From: Klebsormidium nitens
Lineage: Eukaryota; Plantae; Klebsormidiophyceae
NCBI GenBank assembly: GCA_000708835.1
Contig: DF237342.1
Location: forward strand, 22,537-86,536
DNA: 64,000 nucleotides
Direction of reading: 5' to 3'
Shown here: in pieces, positions 1 to 11,296 of the stretch
Position numbering within the stretch: the stretch's first letter is position 1
How the letters are laid out: each line of letters starts with the position of its first letter
Notes under the pieces: model-generated
What the model was told of the DNA's origin: nothing
Seen by the model: the letters and a program-made list of their open reading frames with translations, nothing else
Database searches by the model: none
Translations under genes and position numbers: made by a program

Positions 1-1450
1 GACGACATCGACCTCGCTCCCGTCGAGCCCGAGATCACGACCGTGTCGTCGTCCGCGGGGACCGCTCTCGCGAAGCACCTCAAGTCGATCGGGGCCAAGA
101 TGTACGGCGCCTTTTGGTGCTCGCACTGCTTCGAGCAGAAGCAGGTGGGGCTTTGGGGGTCGAGCGCTGTCCTTTTTCCTCTCCTTAGTGCGTTCTCAGA
201 CAGCGGCATCTGCTTCTGAAATGCTTCCTATTATTCGTGTTGCTTCGAGCAGAAATGGATGGGATGCGACCGTTCTTGTACTTGTTTGCGTTTGTACGTT
301 AAGTCGCGGTTGGCTGGTCTGAAATCTCTTCGACGGGTCGGGTTCGTTAGCAACGTCGACCTATGTGAGATGTTGTCAGTCATTCGACGCTCTATATGCA
401 GCCCTTCGACGTATCGTTCAACGCCCTTAGCTTTTGTCTGTGGTCTCCCGAGATGTACAGCATCTTAAAGTTTGCAACTGTCAGCAGTTGCATTTGCCAC
501 TGAAGAGCTCTTTGTCGGCCGTTCGGGAGTCCGCCTCTCAGCTCTTTTAGGTTGCATGTTTCGCAATCGTTTAGCCTTCCTCTTGAGGTCCCGCCCTTAG
601 CCAATAGGAAGTCTCTCGTGTCTGATTAGCCTCCCTACGAATCTAGATGCCTAAAACTTGGAGAAGCTTCGTTTTGACTACTCGCCTGGCCCCCTAGGGG
701 TGGACCCTTTACAGTCAGTTGACGAAGTTTGCAGCCACTTTCGCCAATTCAATCCCCTATTTCACCAGAAGCCAAAAGCGATCGAAAGTCTCTAGAATAG
801 TGTTGCAGGTCCGCAGTGATACCTAATTCCTCAGAGGGACGTTCGATCGACCTGTCGATTACGAAATGCTATACAAAGCTGGATGAATGCCATGCTCTTT
901 CCCGGACAGCTAATGCACGTAATAAAGCGCTGGGTGGAGGCATGGAAAGCGCCAACTTCCATGGTGTGAAGCGAGTGTTCACGGCTTGTCTGGTGTGCAT
1001 TTATCTCGGTCGCAGGCATTCGGACAAGAGGCGATGCAGTACGTTGACTATGTTGAGTGCTACCCCGACGGTTATCGGAGGAACGTAACTTTAGCCAAGC
1101 CCTGCGTAGATGCCAAAATCGAAGGGTTTCCGACGTGGGTCATCGACGGAAAGGTGAGGGGCCTTTGTCTGCCTCGTCATCTACGGTTCAGCCGAGAAGG
1201 CCAAAGAAGATTACTAGAAAAGCCTAAGTCCGATGGCAGTTCCTTTTTGCACGGATTGCGCAGCTTGGATGCCAGCACTTTGTGTGGATGATCTTGCAGT
1301 TTGCTGATCTGGTAGTTCAGAAGTGGTAGTCACGGGTAGTCATGAGCTGACCGATTGCCTTGTGATCTTGTGCAGCTGATATCTGGGGAGCAGGATTTGA
1401 AACAGCTGGCCATCGTATCCAAGTTTGATCCATCGACCATCACCCAATAG
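1..1450 (+). CDS. LTO1: 3' part of VKOR / thioredoxin-like lumen thiol oxidoreductase (LTO1-like); exons 1-144, 1016-1153, 1376-1450; 5' end outside the window
   Basis: The three exons join in phase 0 across GT-AG introns into ...ALAKHLKSIGAKMYGAFWCSHCFEQKQ|AFGQEAMQYVDYVECYPDG...CVDAKIEGFPTWVIDGK|LISGEQDL...TQ*. The WCSHC motif and GFPTW match the C-terminal Trx-like domain of plant/cyanobacterial VKOR (recognised from memory, no search run). Confidence 0.9.
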
Positions 1451-4400
1451 ACTGGCTGAGCACGTTGAACGTTGTGTCCACCATTCGGGAGCTACCTATC
1501 CAGCGAGTTGCAAGTAACTCCGCTTATTTGGCCACATATGTCAACAGCTTATTGTTTGTTGTTCCTTCTTTTTTGCCGAAGAACACAGGCCAGAGGGCAT
1601 AGATGGGGTCCGTACTTGTGCAAAATACAGTACGCTGTGCTGCAATATGCGACGCGATAGTCAGACTTCCATGATTGGGCTCCTTGCTGTGCGCGTTGTG
1701 CATATGGTGGCACCCTCACGAAGCAGCTCTGGGTGTGGTTAATCAATTCATGGGCCTTTTAGTATAGCTCACTATGCGGGCGCTGTTTAAGACTACTGCA
1801 AAAGTTCGCAGTATGACATAAGGATACACGTCTGATGTCGTAATTTATGATTGGATGGTATACCCGCAACAAGATATTCATGTGCATGCCCTTTGCTTTG
1901 AGGAGAATTGGTGGATTTTTTGGACTCTTGTCTGCATGATTGATTAGAGATTCTATAGGATCTGTGAATCAGAGAGGATCACATGGCACCCATGTCTCGA
2001 TCATGCACAAAGTCACTTATGTATAGTATGTGAGTTGACAGTCTCGATATCATGCACTCCAATTTCAGTTTTCCGGCCAGCTTTCAGTCGCTAGTCTCTG
2101 GTTGCACAAAGCGAGAAGATGAGGCCCATGACCAGGCTCGTCAAATTCCATGTCCCATTGATCGTCTGTCCGACTCTTGCCTACCTAGCGCAGTATAATC
2201 TACATAAGGTACACACTACAGTGGCAGCACCAGCGCTCTGATGTTCCACACAACACGCAACTCTTCTGAGCAAATTGCGAAGAGCTTGACCCATGGACAC
2301 GGTAAGACCTAATGCAAGGCAGTAGTTTGGTGTGGTAATCAACATTGCACTGCCTACTGCTGTAGACAGATGATCAGTATTTTCTGGTCACTGTCTATGT
2401 CTGGTCACTGATCTGCACCCAACTTGGTTGAACCGACCCAGAATCCCTGGACAATCAAAGGTCCTCCAGGCCTGCAAAGTTGTAGCACAAATGTCAGGAG
2501 ACCTGCTCCACCTATTCAGATTATGCAACAAAAGTCCTAACAAGCAAGTCCTAAGAAGTCTCACAAGAAAGCACTGTCTCCGTGACACCAAACTTGCGGA
2601 TGGGCGAAGCAGCCAAACAAATACCTCACATTTAGATTCAATTGTGCCACTCCCTCAAAACGAGACATACACTCTGAATCTCCTGCATATACCACCCAGA
2701 AGCTGACAAACTCTTGAACCAGCCGCATACATTCTATAGGGCATCCTGAATGCATCATCTGCCAACTGCGAGTTCACCCGATCAGCAGACTTTCCAATGA
2801 GGCTTACCTTCAAACGGTCTGTTCGCACCCTCTCTTGCTCTCCAGTTTTGCAGGGCGGCCCCAAGTAGCACCTTTGATCCACTCATCGGTGCCCTCAAAT
2901 GCATCAAGACTTTCCTGTGTGTGGAGCTGATTGATGTTTTCCCCTCATATAGCAAACCACTGCCTGTGGTATGTGCTTTCAAGAAGAAGCCAAACATTCT
3001 CACTGTTGTTCCAAAATCAATGAAAGTCTGGAAGAGTCCCTAAGAACAAGAGGAAACTGGAGCTCCCCAGGCATGGCCCCTGGCAGTATCCTACGCTCTT
3101 TCCTCTGCTTCTTGATGACCTCGCGCCAGCAAGCTTCGGTACACCTCTCTGGCCCTCTCTTCGCCCAAGACGATGCGGCTCGCATGCTCGTTCTCCAGGT
3201 TCACAAACCGGAAGCCGACTTTCAGGTAGCAAACCATGAAGGCTGCCAGGAAGAAGATGCCTACAATCAGGAGCACCAACCATAACTCCATGCCGCAAAG
3301 GCAACCGCTTGCAAGGGCGACTTCTGCCGGTATTCACTTCTCATAAGCCCGTACCCATCAATGACAAAGACATGGGGCTGATCACTTTGCTGGCTGGACG
3401 GAATCCTGTTCCAAGCTTCCAACTTCAAGGTTGATCCTGAGCCCTCGGCCACTTTGCTGCTCGATTGGTGTGAATGGGACCGCTGGCCAGAATTATTTCG
3501 CCATCGGCCGTCAAGAGTTGTACTGCTCTGCATCGGACGGTTAAATAGGACGTACAATGCACAGCGCTTAGGCTTCCAAGATTCTGACACCATTGCTGTT
3601 CCCAACAATGCCACATGATGCCATCTTGGCTATTGGCATTGCCAGTATTGGCTTGAACTTGGATGAAGCAGGCACGTGCGCTTCAGTACTAGGTATACGA
3701 GACTGCCATTAAATGCTTGATTGAAGTGTTGTCCTTTCCCTTCGTATTCATGCAAGCATGAAGACTCACATCCTACTGCAGTGCATTTGTTTGGAAGCGG
3801 AACACTAGCTAATTCCGCTCGACAAGCGCACATGTGACCAGATTTGATTCGTTGAAATGATCATGTTCACCCTGCAAATAATAACGGATGTGGCGCACGA
3901 GATTCAAAAACAACATGGTCTGAACATGGCGTCGAATAGAGCTTGGGTCTGGAGCAAAACCTGACGTGCAAACTTGGACAGCAACATCCAAGCCAGGTTT
4001 TTGCAGCAAAATGAAGGGACACAAAATGCTTTCATGTAGACATAGAGCTGAAAATTCCCCCTGATCATAAACCTATGCACAAGAAGGGTTATAAAGAGAA
4101 ATTAAGCGGAATCAGAGTGTTTTATGAGCTGAGGTTGAACTATGACGTGGATATGATGTTGGGCTTGAACTTCTGAATCGATTGTAACACCGTCCACCGC
4201 AACAATCTCCGATCTATATGCTAGTAGGTGAAAGTTTCGAGATCTCGATGCACGACTTCTCGTTGGTCGTTCAAGTGATCTTCTCTTTCCTACTGCACGT
4301 GAGTTGACACATCTGGAAACATACTGAGTCGCTTGTTTCAACCTTTGTGTCAGGCTGCGACCTGCAGACAAGCAAGGCGACAAGAAGTCAGCTTTGCTTC

Positions 4401-5320
4401 AGAACAGAAGCGAGCAGCATAGATCGCTTTGGGGCACAGATCGACCGTGAATTTTGCGTGGCCGTTCCTAACGTGGAGCTGAGAACATTGACCTTTACTA
4501 ATTACTAGACATACTAAATGATACATGATTGGCAAGAAATTTGGCCTTCCAAAGAAAAGAAGACCGAAAGGGAAGAAATAGCGGCGCTCCTTTGCTAGGT
4601 ACTATTCTCGTCGTTGCTTTGAAAGCACCACTGATGATGGAGACCGCTTTTCTCGCATTTTTTCGCGATTTCGGAGAGTAAACGTAGGGGCTTCGTGAGA
4701 CTCAAGCACAGGCTATCTCTTTTGACCAAAATAAACTGTTTCGTCTATTCTCTCACAGCATCACTTTCTGTCACACACCCTCCACCTCTATCAAAAGCAA
4801 TAATGGCGCAGCACCTTACCTGACGACAGCAGCCGCTTAGCACCTCACGGCATGACGACGACAGCAGCTGGTGTTACCACGCTGTCTCTTCCGGCCAAAC
4901 GGCTAGTGAGACGCAGTCAAACAATCAGCCGTCGTTCGAAGCGTCCAATCGGTCCGAAAGGACCAAAGAGAGCCGCCTAATGGGTACTGAGGCTCTACCG
5001 ATTTTCGGACGCCTTCGGAGGCTGAGCAATGACCGGTGAATCGCAGCCAATTCAACTGCGGCTATTCAGACGCTACGAAGCTCAACTGAAGCCGTGCAGC
5101 CGGGCGCTTGTTGCACAATCTAAACTGTGGCGCACTCAAAAGCCTTATACAAACTGCCGCTTTGGCTGCCGCAGAGAGCCTCCATTTCCAGGACATTGCG
5201 GACACGGGGGTTCCTTTTGGCGCACGTTTGAAAAACCCCCTTCGGACTTCGTCACCCTTCCAAAGCTCGAGCAATAGGAGCTCCAAGGGTTGGTGGACGC
5301 AACTTTGGAAGCGTAGCTGG

Positions 5321-5480
5321 TTTTGGACGCTACGGCCTTCCGGAGGATTGACGGCGCACGCCTTTCGGACGCTGCTGAAGGAGCGGACGCTCAGTGCTCT
5401 GACGCTTTCGGACGCCGCTGAAACAGCGGACAATCAGTGCGGCGGCGCTTTTGGACGCCGCTGACTTTGCGGACGCCTAG
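5321..5480. repeat. Short degenerate direct repeats (TTTCGGACGC/TTTTGGACGC core) just 3' of the FtsJ stop codon
   Basis: Cores at about 5321, 5363, 5406, 5449 and 5466, with one more at about 5002. Confidence 0.6.
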
Positions 5481-8400
5481 CTCGGCTGTAGCCGTTGTTT
5501 GGCGATGAGGTAGATCTCGCGGGAGGCGGCCCGGGTCGCCTGCGGGCGCAGCCACGCCACGCGGTGGAAGAGCGGCTTGCATCGCTCGCCGAAGTCTGGC
5601 AGGTGCGGACGTACGGAGGTTAGACATTAGAGCGAAGCCCGGTATTCGGAGAATGAGAAGTCAAAAGTCAGTCGAATGAACGAGACTTGTCTCGAAAGGG
5701 CGCAGCCGACGCACGCGCTGGAAGAGCGGCTGCACCGCTCGCCAAAGTCTGAAATGTGCGGACGTACTGTTGTTAGTAACTAGAGCAAACGTCCGGGTTC
5801 GGCGGGAAAGAAAATACAGAAGATTAAACGAACCCGGCTCACGAGCCGGAAGAGCGGCTTGCACAGCTCGCCAAAAGCTGGCAACTCTGGATGGAGGAAT
5901 GTTAGTAACTAGAGCGAACGTTCGTGTTTGATGATTGAGGAAGTCAGAAAGCCAGGCGGACGAACGAAAGGGGAACGTTACGGGCGCAGCTAGGCCACGT
6001 GCCAAAAAGAACTTTTTGCACCGCTCGCCGCTTTTCTGCATGGGCGGACGACCGGATACTAGAGGGAACAGACGTCGGAAGTCAGCGTGAGGACATTAGG
6101 ACGACGTGAAAGCAACAGAAGCTTCTGCACATATCAGACAGAGATTAAAATTGAAAACGTCTTAAACTTTAGGACCCTTCTGCCCACAAAAGTGAGGACT
6201 GTCTCTACAAATTATCCAGCGGAGAAACGATCAGGAGCACTTGCAACGCCCGCGGATTTCTGGCAGGTACGGACGTACAGATCGTAGCAACGAGAACGGT
6301 CGTCCGGAGTCGGCCATCGAGGAAGTCAAAACGCCAAGTAAGAGAACCAAAGCAAGGGCAAGAACGATTAGCTCTTTCTTCCGCCAGCCGAGCCGTTCGA
6401 ACCGGTCGATGATGAAAATATGTGCAATCTGAAATTCAAATTCAAAAATCCGGGTCAGCCGACTCCAGTTAAGCTGACAAGATTGTAAGGGACGGGCTAG
6501 TACGCGCGGACAAACCCCTTATACCTCCACATCACCAGGAAAAACTGGTTTAAGTCCTGGCTTGCATCACGATTGAAGCCAAGCCACCAATCTGAGCTGG
6601 CCAAGCAGGAGCCTTTTCACGAGCTTCCAGGTATGCTCGACAGGTATTGCAAGGCTTTAACAAAGAACGGTAGTGAACAATCGGAAGGACTGAGACGAGA
6701 CTTCCACCGGATATGTTTGTGAGAAGTTCCAAGACTTCCGAGGTACTGATTGGGCCCGACGAGAGGCCCTGTAAACGACGCACCTTTCGTCCCCTCGCCT
6801 TCCAGCAGCTTTACAACAAAGTGGCCCCCCGGCAGGAGGAGGCCTCCGTCCTCATACTTTCCTTTCGGACCTCCCTTTCCGTCTCCGTTTCCGTTTCCGG
6901 ATGCACCGGCGCCCTCGTTCGGACGTCCGTGTTGGCAGCCGGCAGCACCCGCGCCCTCTTTCGGACGTCCGGCTTCCTCGTCCGAACGGCCAAAATCTCG
7001 TTCCGGAGGCCCGGATTCGACGTCGAAAGCACTAAAGCCCACTTCCGGACGTCCGAATCCGTCGTCCGCTTCACCCAAGTCTAGGCTGAAGTTGGCCCGT
7101 CCAAGGGCCAGCTGGGCGGCGCGCTCCCCGAGCTCGAGCGAGCACCGAACGTCCGAGAAGCCGTTTCCGGACGTGGCTGGGCACATGTCCGACAAAACCG
7201 TCGTAAAGCCCTGTGGAGGTTGAAAGAGGTTTGTTTGCTGACGTCACGGGTATATCTTGACCGTCGAGATTAAAAAGGGTTCCAAGAGCCGTCCCAACCG
7301 GTGGCGGACATGGCAGAACCGTCCAAAGAAACCGACCTGTAGATTACAGTAGTTGCTTGTCTCTGATGTCAAAGAAAGACGTATCTTGAACTTCAATTTT
7401 TCTAATAAATGGAAGCGTCTGAACGCTCGGCCAAAGGTGCAGAAGGGCACGAGTCAGGAAGAGCCGGCATGAAGCCCTGCTGAAGCTGGAAGTAGGACAC
7501 AAGTGCTCGTCCATTCTGGGTTAGTGAAATGGCCTCCCTAACCGGGAGGCAGTTTCGGGGGTACTAAGTCTGGGTCGGGGAGTCAAATACGCGGTTGGTC
7601 GTGGAATTGAGGACTGGCTACGTCAAGAATGGACGTTGGTAGATGGATGGTTGGTGAAAGTCCCCAATCATGCGCCGGTTTATTGAGTCTGTTTTGGGTT
7701 TGTTAAACCCAATTACAATTGAGAGCCTCGGAGTAGACTGAGTAGTATGGCACAATGGCAATCGTCAACGGTGTAGATTGACCGGAAGATAAATCGACGG
7801 TTCTCGGTCCTCGAACTCAAAGGCAAGGGATGCCACGTTGGCAGGCTGTGAGGGTTTAGCCAATGGGATCACAAGTAAAATAGCTTTACCGCGGACTTTT
7901 GACATGCCAATATAGGGAGGCAACAACTCCCATTGAAATGGACTACCTCAATTGCAAAACCCAGCCTCGTCTAAAAGCATCGTGCAACCCTGTCAAATGT
8001 GCCTGAAGCATCGATACACTCACCACTCTGCGGATCAAAGCGGTAGGGGTTTAACAGAAACACCGCCTTTCTTGCCTTGTCTTTCCTATCCAATGGCTGG
8101 AGATGCTCTTTCAAAGACTGCATCTGCGGCCTATTTCTCAAGCAACGAGTGAATGTCCAACAGTGGCGAAGAGAAAAAGAACCGCAGACAGGTCAAGGAA
8201 AGGCGAATAAGATACACCACACACGAACGAAGAAAGGGGCGAAAGCAGGCAAGGAAACGCGACGAGAACTTGACGAAGGCAGAACAACGCACATCGTAGA
8301 ACAGATGGTGCAGAATCACAGCATACTGAGATGAGGCGGAGTACGGCCGATGTCGACTCACATTCTTCACTCGCGGACTGATGTCCCGCAGGTGCCAAGG

Positions 8401-10035
8401 TTGAATGTCGAACGCATCCCCGTGCAAGAACCGGACGCGCTTGTCGCAGTAGGGGCCTGGGATCCTCATTTGCTGCAATTGGCAAGTGCGTGAGTATATG
8501 AGTGACAAGGTGCAAAAGCATGTAGAGTTGGCCTAGAGGCAAAGGTCCTGGTCGTTCCTTAACCCCTTGACCCTGACCTTGTACCGACCAGAGTTTAGTA
8601 GACTTAGTGTTGCAAAGGAAATTTTGCAAAGAGACGGAAGCCAACAAACAAAGTATCTGATGAAGATGAGTGTTCTGATCGAAGTCTAGACCCGCACCTG
8701 TGACCACCTCTGGTTGGGGCGGAAAAACCATGTACAAAAACGACGAAATGCTAAGAAGATGGGCGAAGTGACGACAGTACGACGAGCAGATGATCCTCAG
8801 TCCTACTACTCTCGTCATATCCTACAATCTGTAAGAGGAGCGACAGCTCTTCTATTCTTTAGCAGTTTCTTCCAGGTGACTAGAAGTTTTCAGCCGCCGG
8901 ACACCTTGGAAGGGTGTACTTTTGTGGCCGAGCTATTGAATCTCAGAAACATCTTGCCAGCATCGCAGTAAAGCATCAAAACAAGTCATGGAAACATCAC
9001 CACCGTACCTGGATGTCGACCCCTACAACAAGGCCTCCATTGCGGATGTTGCCCAGCAACTTGCACGCTACCTGCAATCGCAATCCAATCACCAATCTTT
9101 AAAAACTAACAAATCATCAAATCACATGGTTGAAACCCATTGAAACTTGCAAGGATAGAACAAGGTATGGGGCGAAAGGGACTGGGGCTTGCTTTGGCCT
9201 GTGCGCTGAGCTGACGAGTGCTATGAGCAGTACTGAGCTTCTTCACACCGAAGAGATCCTGCTGCTTTGGCAGTGCAACACCATCACTTTTTGGATCTTT
9301 AGGGGGGTAGGATTTTTACCTGCAGCCAGGCCCCTGGAGCGCACCCCAGATCGAGCACCTTGGCGCCCTTATGTTTGATGACATGGTGCTTGTCCTGAAT
9401 CTCCAGCAGCTGTCGGAAGAGATTTAAAACATTCTGACTTTCCAAGAGAGATGACAATCTTCCGTATTGGTGATTTGGTCAATGACTCATTTCCCAGGGC
9501 AGTGCAAGGTGCGAGTAAATATATTGGCTTTGAAAGCACCATTGAGATATGCCACGCCACCAAGGCGGCATCTATCGTAAGCAGACAGACCCTGTGATTC
9601 TTGCTGGCATTAAGACTACAAGTCCTATTCTTTTTGATCGACAAAATATTGGCAGCACAACAGGTGAAGTTCTGAAAATTCGGTGCGAGGTGCCAGATTT
9701 TCTGCCACCAAAAAGCTGCTCTTTAAAAAATAGCTTGTGAAACTTGGGGACATGGCATCACCCACCACCAGTTGCAAAGCAAGCACGGGGCCACTCCTGG
9801 ATCAGACTGCAATACTCCCCTCCTGCCAACGGGCTGAACTCAAATGCAAATCCTGCTTTTGGAAGTACAATAATCCTCAGTCACGCACATCAAAGGGTGG
9901 TGTTGCGGCAAAAGAACAGGCCGATTCCAAATCATTCTTGCAAGAGCGACAAACCTTGAATGCTGAACGCGCCACGTACTTCAATCGCTTGGCTTGCTGG
10001 AAGTAATGATCCTGTGCTTTGAAGAGGTTTGACAT
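5477..10035 (-). CDS. FtsJ/RrmJ (RlmE/MRM2-like) rRNA 2'-O-methyltransferase; exons 10035-9955, 9409-9320, 9071-9009, 8472-8362, 7210-6784, 5595-5477
   Basis: Six exons with GT-AG boundaries and matching phases give MSNLFKAQDHYFQQAKRLKYVARSAFK|LLEIQDKHHVIKHKGAKVLDLGCAPGAWLQ|VACKLLG...VVGVDIQ|...GDAF...|GFTTVLSDMCP...GGHFVVKLLEGEGTK|DFGERCKPLFHRVAWLRPQATRAASREIYLIAKQR. This includes the SAM-binding DLGCAPG motif and the K-D-K-E catalytic residues of FtsJ. Confidence 0.93.
5660..6265 (-). repeat. Ladder of degenerate copies of the acceptor and 5' end of the last FtsJ exon
   Basis: The functional junction is CAG|ACTTCGGCGAGCGATGCAAGCCGCTCTTCC at 5595. Copies start at 5748, 5877 and 6035, with a weaker one at 6259. 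The first two also repeat the upstream TCGCTCTA-like/CTAAC intron segment. Confidence 0.8.
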
Positions 10036-10180
10036 GACCGCTTCGGAAGTTGGGAGTGAGAGGTGGACAGAAACGAAAGCGCCTCTAGGTTTCTTCTGAA
10101 GAAGGCAGAACACGGCAATGCCAATTACTTGAATTACTTGAATTAGAATTTGCAGGCGATGGGCATTGCTACCATTTCTG

Positions 10181-10200
10181 NNNNNNNNNNNNNNNNNNNN
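10181..10200. other. Assembly gap (20 N)
   Basis: Run of N; the 13-mer GCTACCATTTCTG occurs on both sides (10168-10180 and 10222-10234). Confidence 0.99.
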
Positions 10201-11296
10201 AGCAAGACGGTACACGACACCGCTACCATTTCTGTATTAGGGTTTGCTGAAAGTTAGTAAACCCTGCATGTGATGAGCTTCATCAGACTGCTGATGTCAC
10301 TGTTGGCCATGCAAAATGTGAGAGCAAAATTATAACCGTCGAATGGTTCTTCCGAGTTCATCGGAGGGCTGCGAATGAACGCTAACCGATCAGGTGGCAT
10401 GTGCTGACATCACGCTTTCGGCGCCTCAGTGCTACACAGAACTCTCGTGAGCATTCTGGTCATGGAGCACCATACCACTGCTGGAACCCTTCGTCTTCTT
10501 AGAAGGAGCACAGAGCCAGCTCAATTGAGAACAGCAATTGCAGTCGCCAATTGCAAAGAAAGTAGGCAGCACATTTCTCTTCGAGACCTGTGCTGCAGGG
10601 CAATGCTGCGCATCTTTACATCTACTGATGAGCAAAGCGGTTCTGGAAACTTTGAGAACCACCACAGAACAGTTACTTTGTGTATAGGAGACGGAAGGCT
10701 ACTGAAGGTGAGTCTCGTAAAGGCTGATTGTTTAAGCATAATGTGCCCTCACTGGCACACAGTCTGCAATGCTGGCGGTTCATAAGTATCTTATGGTCCC
10801 ACTGATTCTTGATAACTTTTCTTTTCGATGAGTTACGATGAGGGTCAACAGATAGAAAGTCGAGTGTTTCCAATTGGAGCTCCTTGTATCAATGTGCACA
10901 GATCTGAGCTCAGTTCAATGCTGCCCCTTGAAAAGTCTGAGCTCAATGCGTTGACCACATCAACCATGACTGCAACAAGCATGCTTCAATGCAACTGCTG
11001 TCTGACCAGTCACTGAAAGCGACAAACTTACAAAACAATCGCTTTTAAACAGCAATGCGTTTGAAATGCCCTTTCAGCAGACTTCAGTGCTTTCCAATTC
11101 GAGGATCTTGAAAGGCCGTTTGAAAGGAGTGTTTCATCTTTCATCACATTGACATTCTTAGTGCAGGCAAGCATTGTACTTCCCCCATGACCTAAAGTCT
11201 TTTACATAGGGGGAAAAGGCACCTTCTGCAGGCCAAGAATTGCACACTCACTTGTCCATAAACATCTAGCCAGTGAAAGCAACAAGCGGGCCAAGT

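Noticed and set aside
2655-4822. Possible multi-exon gene on the minus strand (candidate donors at about 4821 and 2805; a hydrophobic 66-aa ORF at 3091-3291)
   Set aside because: Several mutually incompatible frames, weak codon bias and no recognisable motif, so no model could be supported.
5560-6265. Regularly spaced repeats as a CRISPR-like array or satellite
   Set aside because: The units are degenerate, variable in length and match the adjacent FtsJ acceptor/exon; the context is eukaryotic and has no cas genes.
10168-10234. 13-bp duplication flanking the N gap as a target-site duplication
   Set aside because: More likely a contig-end overlap or scaffolding artefact; gap content is unknown.
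10429-10708. Plus-strand ORF ending at an AAG|GTGAGT donor as a patatin coding exon
   Set aside because: The downstream acceptor region has in-frame stops before ATG 11297, so it is at most 5' UTR.
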